Source of the DNA: Pseudomonadota bacterium
Lineage (GTDB): Bacteria > Pseudomonadota > Gammaproteobacteria > Burkholderiales > Burkholderiaceae_C
Assembly: GCA_018240325.1 (NCBI GenBank)
Contig: JAFEFZ010000192.1
Location: forward strand, 1,611 to 65,610
Direction: 5' to 3'
DNA length: 64,000 nt
Below the pieces are notes generated by a model that made no database searches, was not told the origin of the DNA, and saw only the letters and a list, made by a program, of their open reading frames with translations. Numbering within the stretch: the stretch's first letter is position 1; every line of letters starts with the position of its first letter. A program made the translations under genes and the position numbers. Below, in pieces: positions 36,418-45,382 of the stretch.

Positions 36418-37878
36418 CATCCCTTTCAAGGTCTTTTCAAGGCGGCCTGCTTGAGCACGCGAGCAGTGGAGACATGAGAGCGGGCGATGGAGCCATCGAC
36501 GTAGCCTTTGGCCTGCGGGGGCTTGGGTTTGCGCTTGGAGGTTGCCAGCTGCTTGGGGCTCATGCGTCGGGCCAGCAGCAGCAGGTGTTGGGCGAACTGC
36601 CGGGGATCTGGGCCGGCACGCGGAAGTTGCTCGGGCGGCAGCATGCGCAGCAGGGTGCCGTAGTCGCTGGTGATGTCCACCGCCAGGTGATAGGTGGACA
36701 CGTCCAGCTCGGGATGGGTCTGGCGGTGCGCCTGCTCGATGAACTGCTTGAGCAGGGCCAGCACGTTGTAGGCCAGCACGGCCGCGGCAAAGCCCAGCAG
36801 CGCCGCGCGTGGGTGGCCCAGCGTCTTGATCTCGCTGTTGAGCACCGACTCCAGGCGGCCGAACATGCCCTCGATGCGCCAGCGCTGGCGGTACAGCCGC
36901 GCGAGGGTGGGGGCGTCGATCTGGGCCGGCAGGTTGCTCCACAGCACGATGGTCTGATCGCCGGCGTCGGTGGGGGTGTGCAGTGCGATCTCGATGCGCC
37001 GCCAGGGCGGGGACAAACCTTCGTGCGGCTCGGCCAGTTCGATGACCTGCTCGCGCACCTGCCCGGTGTCGATGTCCGTGGACGGGCTCCACGGCCCCGG
37101 GGCCCGCAGCCGCGGGTGGCGCGCATGCTCGCGCACGATGAAGCCCGCGCCGCGCTCGGCCAGCCCCAGCAGGATCGCCTGGGTGCAGAAGTGCCGGTCA
37201 CCGATCCACACCTGCTGCGGCTGCGCACGCTCGATCAGCGCGGCCGCGCCCGTGCGTTCGCTCTGGTGCGCGTCCTCGCAGGCCACGATGTCGCACACCA
37301 ACGCACTGTCCGGGTCGTACACCACCAGCGTGTGGCCCGGCAGCGCTGCGCCCCGGAACCCGCGCAGCGGCCCGAGCCGCTTCTGGCTGGCCGGCAGGTG
37401 GTTGCCGTCGAACACCCGCAACTGCCAGCCCGGCAGGCTGTGCCGCTCGGGCAGGCACCCGGACACCGACACCAGCCGCTCGGCGCTGCCTTGCACCAGC
37501 GCGCGCAGCACCGCCGGCTCGGTGCGCTGCACCTTCGCATACAGCGCCGCCAGCGACACCGGCAGCCGATCGGCCATCTTGCGCGCCGCCGCGTGCAGCG
37601 ACGGCCTCAGCCCCAGCGTGACCAGCAACATCAGCTCCACCACGCTGGAAAACAGCAACTCCCTCGGGTATTGCCGTTGCCGATGCGCCTGGAACACCTC
37701 GTCGATCCAGCTCGCCGGCAGCGCATGATCCAGCGCCAGATGCGCCATCACCGCCCCGGGCGCTTGCTGTTCGAACCGCTCAACGACTTCTTGCCAGATC
37801 TCGTGCTCCCAGATCGCAGGGAATCCCCCTGCAATCAGAAGCTTAGATCAGTAATCTCGAAAGACCTTGAAAGGGATG
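36418..37878 (-). mobile_element. IS4-family insertion sequence, 1461 bp
   Basis: Terminal inverted repeats CATCCCTTTCAAGGTCTTT at both ends. 11-bp target duplication GGCCTGAGCGC at 36407-36417 and 37879-37889. Confidence 0.95.
36426..37799 (-). CDS. IS4-family DDE transposase
   Basis: FDGNHL, WIGDRHF, YRQRWRIE (Y-R-E-K-like signature). The frame stays open upstream of the first ATG to an ATC codon at 37799. Confidence 0.92.
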   Translation of the reverse strand: MWQEVVERFEQQAPGAVMAHLALDHALPASWIDEVFQAHRQRQYPRELLFSSVVELMLLVTLGLRPSLHAAARKMADRLPVSLAALYAKVQRTEPAVLRALVQGSAERLVSVSGCLPERHSLPGWQLRVFDGNHLPASQKRLGPLRGFRGAALPGHTLVVYDPDSALVCDIVACEDAHQSERTGAAALIERAQPQQVWIGDRHFCTQAILLGLAERGAGFIVREHARHPRLRAPGPWSPSTDIDTGQVREQVIELAEPHEGLSPPWRRIEIALHTPTDAGDQTIVLWSNLPAQIDAPTLARLYRQRWRIEGMFGRLESVLNSEIKTLGHPRAALLGFAAAVLAYNVLALLKQFIEQAHRQTHPELDVSTYHLAVDITSDYGTLLRMLPPEQLPRAGPDPRQFAQHLLLLARRMSPKQLATSKRKPKPPQAKGYVDGSIARSHVSTARVLKQAALKRP

Positions 37879-37919
37879 GGCCTGAGCGCTCACGCCCGCC
37901 GCGCGCCCGCCGAGGACCG

Positions 37920-38984
37920 ATGCCCAGGCCTGAGCTGCAAGGCGCCGCCGCGTGGGCGCGGGTGCGCACGCTGTTCCCCGGCGTGTGCGCCTGCTTCGTC
38001 GCCGCCGCGGCGGCGACCTTCCTGTCCGAGCACTACGGCGCGCCGGTGATGCTGTTCGCGCTGCTGCTCGGCATGGCGATGAACTTCCTGAGCGAGTCGC
38101 CGCCGCCGGCTGCTGCCGAGCAGGCCCATGCGGCACCGCCCGGGCGGTGCCAGGCGGGAATCGAGTACAGCGCCCGCCAGTTGTTGCGCTTCGGCGTGGC
38201 GCTGCTGGGCCTGCGCATCACGGCCGGGCAGGTCGCCGCGCTCGGCCGGCAGCCGGTGGCGATCGTCGTGGTGTCGGTGGTGCTGACGATCGCGGCGTCG
38301 ATGCTGGCCGCACGGCTGCTGGGTTTCCAGACCCTGTTCGGCCTGCTCAGCGGCGGCGCGGTGGCGATCTGCGGCGCATCGGCCGCGCTGGCGCTCGCCG
38401 CGGCGCTGCCGCAGCACCCGCAGAAGGAGCGCGCGACGCTGTTCACCGTGGTCAGCGTGTCGGCGTTGTCCACCGTGGCGATGATCGTCTACCCGATGAT
38501 CGCGCAGTCGCTGGCGCTCGATCCGCGCAGCGCCGGCGTGTTCCTCGGCGCGACGATCCACGATGTGGCGCAGGTGGTCGGCGCGGGCTGCAGCCTGTCG
38601 CGCGAGACCGGCGGCGCGGCCACCTTGGTCAAGCTGATGCGGGTGGCGATGCTGCTGCCGGTGATCGTGGCGGCGGTGCTGCTGGCGCGCCGGCATGACG
38701 GGGCGTCTGCAGGCGCCGGCCCGCGGCCGCCGCTGCTGCCCGGGTTCGCCGTGGCCTTCGCGGTGCTGGTGGCGATCAACAGCACCGGCTGGCTGCCGGC
38801 TGCGTTGACGCGCTCGGGCAGCGAGTTGTCGCGCTGGTGCCTGGTGGCGGCGATCGCCGGCATCGGCATGAAGACGCAGTTGAAGGAGCTGGTCGGCGTC
38901 GGCCTCGAGCCGGTGCTGCTGATGGCCGGCGAGACGAACTTTCTGTTGCTGCTGGCGCTGCTGCTGCTGCGCGTGCCGGCTTGA
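37920..38984 (+). CDS. YeiH / putative sulfate exporter (PSE) family membrane protein
   Basis: YGAPVMLFALLLGMA, LLRFGVALLGLRI, AICGASAALA, GATIHDVAQVVGAG, KLMRVAML. Confidence 0.9.
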   Translation: MPRPELQGAAAWARVRTLFPGVCACFVAAAAATFLSEHYGAPVMLFALLLGMAMNFLSESPPPAAAEQAHAAPPGRCQAGIEYSARQLLRFGVALLGLRITAGQVAALGRQPVAIVVVSVVLTIAASMLAARLLGFQTLFGLLSGGAVAICGASAALALAAALPQHPQKERATLFTVVSVSALSTVAMIVYPMIAQSLALDPRSAGVFLGATIHDVAQVVGAGCSLSRETGGAATLVKLMRVAMLLPVIVAAVLLARRHDGASAGAGPRPPLLPGFAVAFAVLVAINSTGWLPAALTRSGSELSRWCLVAAIAGIGMKTQLKELVGVGLEPVLLMAGETNFLLLLALLLLRVPA

Positions 38985-39018
38985 GGCACAGCGGCTGCTG
39001 CCGCACGGAGGAGAAGCG

Positions 39019-40047
39019 ATGGACCCGGACGACACCCGCAGCTGCGCGCTGCGATGCCTCGAACCATCGGCGGCGCTGCCGCGGCGCACGCTGCTGGGTG
39101 CTGCCGCGGGCGCACTGCTGGCAGGTCCGCTGCAGGCGCGGGCCCAGGCCTGGCCGGGCAAGCCGATCCGCATCATCGTCGCCGGCGCAGCCGGCGCGAA
39201 CGCCGACATCATCGCGCGCCTGGTCGGCGAGCCGATGGTCAAGGCGCTGGGCGCGACGGCGATCATCGAGCCCAAGCCCGGCGGGGCCGGCGCGATCGCG
39301 GTGGGCGATCTGGCGCAGGCACCACGCGACGGCCACACGCTGCTGGTGGGCGTCAATGCGCTGGTCAGCGAGATCCCGCACATCATCCGGCTCAAGATCG
39401 ACATGGCCAAAGAGCTCAGGCCGCTGGCCGAGTTGGCGCGTGCCGGGTTGGTGCTGGCGGCCAACCCCGCCTTCCCGGCGAAGAACCTCGGCGAGCTGGT
39501 CGCCTACGTGAAGGCCCATCCGCAGCAGGTCAACGTCGCCAACTACAGCCCCGGGGGGCTCGGCCATGTGCTTACCCTGTTGCTGAACCAGGCGGCCGGC
39601 ATCGACCTGGGCGCGGTCGGCTACAAGGGCTCGACGCCCGGGCTCACCGACGTGATCGGTGGACATGTACCGCTGATGTTCGACGCGATTCCGTCGTCGC
39701 TGCCGTACCTGAAGTCGGGCAGGCTGAAGGCTTTCGCGGTGTCGTTGCCCAGGCGCTCGGCGCTGCTGCCGGAGGTGCCGACCTTCACCGAGCTGGGCTA
39801 CGCGAAACTCGAAGCGCTGGCCTGGATGGGGCTGTGGTGCGCGCCCGAGGTGCCGGCCGCCGTGCAGGCCAAGGTGCGCGAGGCGGCACTGCAGGTGCTC
39901 GCCCAGCCCGCGATCCGCGAGCGCATGCTCGAGATCGGCTTCGAGCCCGGCCAGCCGCGCAGCATCGACGAGATGATCGCCGGCCTGCGTGCCGACCACG
40001 AACGCATGGGCGCCGTGCTCGAGTCGATCGGCTTCAAGCCCGAGTGA
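39019..40047 (+). CDS. Bug/TctC tripartite tricarboxylate transporter substrate-binding protein
   Basis: WPGKPIRIIV, KPGGAGAI, YKGSTPGLTDVIGGHV, LLPEVPTF. Confidence 0.92.
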   Translation: MDPDDTRSCALRCLEPSAALPRRTLLGAAAGALLAGPLQARAQAWPGKPIRIIVAGAAGANADIIARLVGEPMVKALGATAIIEPKPGGAGAIAVGDLAQAPRDGHTLLVGVNALVSEIPHIIRLKIDMAKELRPLAELARAGLVLAANPAFPAKNLGELVAYVKAHPQQVNVANYSPGGLGHVLTLLLNQAAGIDLGAVGYKGSTPGLTDVIGGHVPLMFDAIPSSLPYLKSGRLKAFAVSLPRRSALLPEVPTFTELGYAKLEALAWMGLWCAPEVPAAVQAKVREAALQVLAQPAIRERMLEIGFEPGQPRSIDEMIAGLRADHERMGAVLESIGFKPE

Positions 40048-40226
40048 CAACGCGGCCCGGGCCGCGTCGCGTGCGCGCCTGGGCAGCCGCGCGCGGCGGT
40101 GCGGCGCGGGGGAACCATCGGAACGCCGTGCCGGTCAGAATCCCCGGGTGAATCCGCAGCGGTGCCGGCTGCCGGGCCTTCCGGTGGACGCGCACGCGGG
40201 CGGTTCTCCCTGCCGAGGAGTCTTCG

Positions 40227-40697
40227 ATGGACCTGAACAAGGGAGGCGCGCGCCGCCTCGCGAAGCTGCTGGTCGCGGGATCGCTGGCGGCTGCCGGTGT
40301 TCAAGCGGCGCAGGCCGACGAACTGCGCATCAAGATGCTCGAAACATCCGGCTCCGGGCCGTTGGCCTTCGAGCCCGCCTTCGTGAAGGCGAAAGCGGGG
40401 GACACGATCGTCTTCGAACCCACGCAGAAGGGCAACCACAGCGTGGTCTCGCTGCTGGTTCCGGCCGGGGCGCAGCCGTGGGAGGGCGCACCCGACAAGG
40501 AGGTGCGCATCCGGGTGGACGCCGAGGGGGTCTACCTGTACGTGTGCGCGGCCCACCGGATGATGGGAATGGTCGGCGTGATCCTGGTCGGCAATCCGGT
40601 CAATCTCGAGGACGCAAGGCGGGTCGCGAAGCAGGAAACGTCGAAGTTCGTGCTCAACAAGGACCGGTTCGACAAGGCGCTGGCGCAGATCGATTGA
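40227..40697 (+). CDS. Pseudoazurin (type 1 blue copper protein)
   Basis: Signal peptide, AFEPAFVKAKAGDT, and ligands GNH..YVCAAHRMMGM. Confidence 0.9.
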   Translation: MDLNKGGARRLAKLLVAGSLAAAGVQAAQADELRIKMLETSGSGPLAFEPAFVKAKAGDTIVFEPTQKGNHSVVSLLVPAGAQPWEGAPDKEVRIRVDAEGVYLYVCAAHRMMGMVGVILVGNPVNLEDARRVAKQETSKFVLNKDRFDKALAQID

Positions 40698-40812
40698 GCG
40701 GGGTGCGGGCCAGTGTCGCTTCCGTCTCGGCGATGCTCGGGCGCGGCCGCGCGGGCCGCCGCGCCGGCCCGTGCGTGATGCGGGTCAGGCGCGGAGTCGT
40801 CACCGCCGCCCG

Positions 40813-41907
40813 TCAGAAACTGTGGCGGATGCCGATCTCGGCGCCGTTGGAATTCACGCCGCGGGTCAGCGGCGAACCCGATGCCGACACGCTGTACGCC
40901 GTGTGGTTGTTGTTCAGCCAGGAGGCGGTGGCGTACAGCGCGGTGCGCTTGGACAGGTTGTAGTCGGCGCCGATCGCGATCTGGCTGGCATCGTTGCCGT
41001 CGAGCACGTTGCCGCTCTGCTTGACCTGGCCCCAGCTGGCCTTCAGGTTCCACTGGCCGATCGGCGCCGACGCGCCGACGAACCAGTTGTCCTGCTTGGC
41101 GTCGCCGGCCGCCAGGCCGTTGATCTCGAGCGACCCGTAGAAGCCCGACACCTTGACCACCCCGAAGTTCCACGAGCCGGCCAGGCTCCACAGCGGCGCG
41201 GTGATGTTGCCGGCGACATCGACATAGGTGTAGCCGTAGGCCGCGGCCACGTCGAAGGGCCCCGCGGCGTAGCCGATGCGGCCGGCGTAGTACTTGTTGG
41301 CCGGCGCGGCTTCGCCCGCGGCCACCATCACCTGGCCGTACAGCCCCGGGCCGAAGGCGCCGTTGGGCAGGATGTACTGCACCGCGTTGTTGGCGCGCAC
41401 CAGCGTGCCGTAGGCGCCGGCGGCGCCGACGACGCCGCGGATCTCGGCGGCGATGAACAGGTTGCCGGCCGAGCCGACGCCGTTGACGCCGAAGGGGTCG
41501 AACACGCCGATGTTCCAGAAGGTCGGCGTGTAGTCGCGGCCCAGGCGCAGCTCGCCCCACGGGTTGGACAGGCTCAGCGTGGAGCGGCGGCGGAACATGA
41601 AGGCGTCGGGGCCGCTGGTGTTGCCGTTGCCGAAGCTGGTGTTGCCGGTGCCGGTGTCGGGCCCGAGCTGGCCTTCGAGCCAGAAGCTGGCCTTCAGGCC
41701 GCCGCCCAGGTCTTCGATGCCGCGAAATCCCAGCCGGCTGCCGGCCATGCCGTCCTGGGCGAGCTGGTAGGTGGCGTCGTCGTTCTTGACGTAGCGCAGG
41801 CTCAGGTCGACGACGCCGAACATCGTGACCGACGATTGCGCCGACGCGGTGCCGGCCAAGCCGGCGAGCACCGCCAGCGCGAGGGGAGTTCTCTTCAACA
41901 CGTGCAT
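40813..41907 (-). CDS. Gram-negative trimeric porin
   Basis: QSSVTMFGVVD, SRLGFRGIEDLGGGLKASFWLE, YNLSKRTALY, C-terminal GIRHSF. Confidence 0.94.
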   Translation of the reverse strand: MHVLKRTPLALAVLAGLAGTASAQSSVTMFGVVDLSLRYVKNDDATYQLAQDGMAGSRLGFRGIEDLGGGLKASFWLEGQLGPDTGTGNTSFGNGNTSGPDAFMFRRRSTLSLSNPWGELRLGRDYTPTFWNIGVFDPFGVNGVGSAGNLFIAAEIRGVVGAAGAYGTLVRANNAVQYILPNGAFGPGLYGQVMVAAGEAAPANKYYAGRIGYAAGPFDVAAAYGYTYVDVAGNITAPLWSLAGSWNFGVVKVSGFYGSLEINGLAAGDAKQDNWFVGASAPIGQWNLKASWGQVKQSGNVLDGNDASQIAIGADYNLSKRTALYATASWLNNNHTAYSVSASGSPLTRGVNSNGAEIGIRHSF

Positions 41908-42150
41908 TCCTGTTCCGGGTGGTGGGTGGAGTTGTCAGCAAGGACACGCGAGCTTAGGCGGCGGCTGCCGGCACCGGCCCCCCAACGCCGAGGGGGCGGG
42001 CCGCGGCGGCGCCGGTGCAGCATCCGGCCTGCAGGCCGCGGGCCGGCGGTGCTTGCCGCGCCGCCTGCGCGTGCCCCGGGCGGGCAGGCCGTGCGCCCGG
42101 GTCGATCGTGGAAAATGCTGCTTTGCACCATGAGCAGGAAGGAACGTCGA

Positions 42151-42933
42151 ATGAGCGTCCGGATTCCGCAACCGGTACTGGCCGGCGCCAAGGCGCTGGT
42201 GGTCGGCATCGCCAACGACCAGTCGATCGCCTGGGGCTGCGCCAAGGCGCTGCACGAGCTGGGCGCCGATCTGGCCGTCACCTACCTCAACGACAAGGCG
42301 CGGCCGTACGTGCAGCCGCTGGCGGAATCGCTGGACTGCAAGCTGTTCGCGCCGCTGGACGTGAGCGTGCCGGGGCAGCTCGAGGCATTGTTCGAGCAGA
42401 TCGGCAGCACCTGGGGCAGGCTCGACATCCTGGTGCACTCGATCGCCTGGGCGCCGATGGACGACCTGCGCGGCGGGCTGCTGAACTGCTCGGCCGAGGG
42501 CTTCGCGAAGGCGATGGACGTGTCGTGCCATTCGTTCGTGCGCATGGCGAAGCTCGCGGCGCCGCTGATGGCGCAGGGCGGCACGATGATCGCGATGAGC
42601 TACCAGGGCGCCAACCGCGTGGTGCCCAACTACAACGTGATGGGGCCGGTGAAGGCGGCGCTCGAAGCCTCGTGCCGCTACCTGGCCTACGAGCTCGGGC
42701 CGCAGGGCGTTCGCGTGCACGCGATGTCGCCCGGGCCGCTGAAGACGCGCGCCGCATCGGGGCTGAAGGATTTCGAGCAGCTGCTGAACGAGGCAGCCGA
42801 GCGCGCGCCGCTGGGCGAGCTGGTCGACATCATGGACGTGGGCTTCGCCTGCGCCTATCTCGCCACGCCGTACGCGCGCCGCATCAGCGGCGACACGATC
42901 TACGTCGACGGCGGCGTGCACATCATGGCCTGA
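42151..42933 (+). CDS. fabI: Enoyl-ACP reductase (FabI2-like paralog)
   Basis: GIANDQSIAWGCA, YQGANRVVPNYNVMGPVKAALE (YxxxxxxK), SPGPLKTRAASG. Confidence 0.92.
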   Translation: MSVRIPQPVLAGAKALVVGIANDQSIAWGCAKALHELGADLAVTYLNDKARPYVQPLAESLDCKLFAPLDVSVPGQLEALFEQIGSTWGRLDILVHSIAWAPMDDLRGGLLNCSAEGFAKAMDVSCHSFVRMAKLAAPLMAQGGTMIAMSYQGANRVVPNYNVMGPVKAALEASCRYLAYELGPQGVRVHAMSPGPLKTRAASGLKDFEQLLNEAAERAPLGELVDIMDVGFACAYLATPYARRISGDTIYVDGGVHIMA

Positions 42934-42972
42934 ACGCCGGGGACCACGAATTCCGTACCAGGGAGAACGACG

Positions 42973-45348
42973 ATGACGATGACCAAGGCCGGCACGGCCG
43001 CGGCGCGCACCACTGCACTGTCGGCCAGCGTGGCCAAGGCCTACACGACGCGGGTCGAGCGCGCGCTCGAACACTACCGCCGGCGGGTGGCGGCCGCGGG
43101 CGAAGGCTTCGCGGCGGACCTGATGCACCCCGGGGCGCTGGCCGCGGCCTGGCAGGACGCGGGCCGCTGGCTGGTGGACAGCGCGCAGCGCAGCGTGCTG
43201 TTCGCCGATGCGCTGCGCCGGCGCGGCAACCAGTTCGTCGAGCACACCCGGGCCGGGCTGCCGCCGGTGCTGCACTTCGACTGGGAGATGGTGCTCGACG
43301 GGCGCACGCTCGAGCGCGCGGTCAACTACGCGCTGGTGCGCATCGTGCCGCCGCCGGGCACGCAGGTCGATGCGCAGCGCCGGCCCTACGTGATCATCGA
43401 CCCGCGCGCCGGCCACGGCCCCGGCATCGGCGGCTTCAAGGACGATTCGCAGGTCGGCGTCGCGCTGCGCGCCGGCCACCCGGTGTACTTCGTGATCTTC
43501 TACCCCGAGCCGGTGCCGGGGCAGACGCTGCTCGACGTGACCGCCGCCGAGGCGCGCTTCGTGCAGCACGTGCGCCGGCTGCACCCCGACGCGCCCAAGC
43601 CGGCGATCGTCGGCAACTGCCAGGGCGGCTGGGCGGCGATGATGCTCGCCGCCGCGCACCCCGACGACACCGGGCCGATCGTGATCAACGGCGCGCCGAT
43701 GTCGTACTGGGGCGGCTCGTGGACCGACGGGCCCAGCGACAACCCGATGCGCTACGCCGGCGGGCTGCTGGGCGGCACCTGGCTCGCGTCGCTGTCGTCG
43801 GACCTGGGCGGCGGCCTGTTCGACGGCGCCTGGCTGGTGCAGAACTTCGAGAACCTGAACCCGGCCAACACCTTCTGGGACAAGTACGTCAAGCTGTACC
43901 GCGAGGTCGACACCGAAGTGCCGCGCTTTCTCGAGTTCGAGCGCTGGTGGGGCGGCTTCTACCTGATGAACCGCGAAGAGATCGAGTGGATCACGCGCAA
44001 CCTGTTCGTCGGCAACAAGCTGTGGCAGGGCGGCACCGCGGCGGGCGCCGGCAAGTTCTTCGACCTGCGCGAGATCCGCGCGCCGATCGTGCTGTTCGCG
44101 TCGATGGGCGACAACATCACGCCGCCGCAGCAGGCCTTCAACTGGGCGGCCGACGTCTACGGCTCGACCGACGAGATCAAGGCGCGCGGCCAGGTGATCG
44201 TCGGCCTGCTGCACGAGAACGCCGGGCACCTGGGCATCTTCGTGTCCGGTGCGGTCGCGAAGAAGGAGCACGCGCAGATCGTGTCGGTGCTCGAGTCGAT
44301 CGAGGCACTGCCGCCGGGGCTGTACGGCATGCAGATCCGCGAGCAGCCGGGCGAGGGCGGCGAGCCGGCCTACGAGGTGGCGTTCGTCGAGAAGCAGCTC
44401 GAGGAGGTGGCCGCGCGGCTGAACCGCCTCGAGCGCCGCGACGAGGCGGCCTTCGAGGCGGTGGCGCAGGTGTCCGAGTTCAACCAGAAGGCCTACGAGA
44501 TGTTCGCGCGGCCGTGGGTGCAGGCGCTGTCCGGCGATGCGCTGGGCGAATGGCAGCGCCAGTGGCACCCGCTGCGCGCCGAGCGCTGGCTGCTGTCCGA
44601 CCTGAACCCGTGGCTCGCCTGGCTGGCGCCGGCGGCAGAAGCGGTGCGCGCGCAGCGCCAGGCGCTGGCGGCCGACACGCTGCCGCGCCAGACCGAGCGC
44701 GCCGCGTCGGAAGTGGTCAGCGCCACGCTGGACCTGTACCGCGCGCTGCGCGACGCGGCCAGCGAGGCGATGTTCTTCGAGACCTTCGGCACGATGTTCG
44801 CGGTGACGATGGCCGACGCCCGGCATGCCGAGCAGCAGCGCAGCGCGGCCGAGATCGAGGCCGAGGACGACGAGCGGCTGCGTCGCCTGCTGGCGGCGGC
44901 CGGGCAGGGCGGCTACGCGGCGGCGGCGGTGCGGGCGGGGGCGCTGCTGGCGCGGCCCGGCGAGCCGATGCCGCTCGAGCGGCTCGAACTGCGCGAGGAA
45001 CTGCGCCGCGACTATGCCGGGCTGCTGCCGGCGCTGGAGCCGGCCGACTGGCGGCGCCTGCGCGGCGAGCAGGAGCTGCTGTGCCGCCACGACGCCGAGC
45101 AGGCGATCGCGACGCTGCCCGCGCTGCTCGCCGACCCGGCCGACCGCGAGCGCTTCCTGGCGCTGGCCGACCGGCTGCTGACCGACGCGCGCGTGCTGGG
45201 CTCGCGGCCGACGCCGGCGCAGCGTGCGATGGTGCAGCGGCTGCGTACGCTGCTCGGCGCGCCCGCGCCGAGCCGCCGGGCGCCGGCGAAGAAGGCGGCG
45301 GCGGGCGGCACCGCGCGGCGTACCGCCCTGCGCGTCGTCGAGCGCTGA
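42973..45348 (+). CDS. DUF3141 family alpha/beta hydrolase (PhaC/PhaZ-like)
   Basis: IDPRAGHGPGIGGFKDDSQVG, GNCQGGW, GDNITPPQQA, GHLGIF. Confidence 0.9.
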   Translation: MTMTKAGTAAARTTALSASVAKAYTTRVERALEHYRRRVAAAGEGFAADLMHPGALAAAWQDAGRWLVDSAQRSVLFADALRRRGNQFVEHTRAGLPPVLHFDWEMVLDGRTLERAVNYALVRIVPPPGTQVDAQRRPYVIIDPRAGHGPGIGGFKDDSQVGVALRAGHPVYFVIFYPEPVPGQTLLDVTAAEARFVQHVRRLHPDAPKPAIVGNCQGGWAAMMLAAAHPDDTGPIVINGAPMSYWGGSWTDGPSDNPMRYAGGLLGGTWLASLSSDLGGGLFDGAWLVQNFENLNPANTFWDKYVKLYREVDTEVPRFLEFERWWGGFYLMNREEIEWITRNLFVGNKLWQGGTAAGAGKFFDLREIRAPIVLFASMGDNITPPQQAFNWAADVYGSTDEIKARGQVIVGLLHENAGHLGIFVSGAVAKKEHAQIVSVLESIEALPPGLYGMQIREQPGEGGEPAYEVAFVEKQLEEVAARLNRLERRDEAAFEAVAQVSEFNQKAYEMFARPWVQALSGDALGEWQRQWHPLRAERWLLSDLNPWLAWLAPAAEAVRAQRQALAADTLPRQTERAASEVVSATLDLYRALRDAASEAMFFETFGTMFAVTMADARHAEQQRSAAEIEAEDDERLRRLLAAAGQGGYAAAAVRAGALLARPGEPMPLERLELREELRRDYAGLLPALEPADWRRLRGEQELLCRHDAEQAIATLPALLADPADRERFLALADRLLTDARVLGSRPTPAQRAMVQRLRTLLGAPAPSRRAPAKKAAAGGTARRTALRVVER

Positions 45349-45382
45349 AGGCCGGCCGGCGGCGCCCCGGGCTGACGGTTGC

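Noticed and set aside
36474-38984. 836-aa ORF suggesting a long N-terminal extension on YeiH
   Set aside because: The extension is the antisense strand of the IS4 transposase. YeiH starts at ATG 37920, outside the IS.
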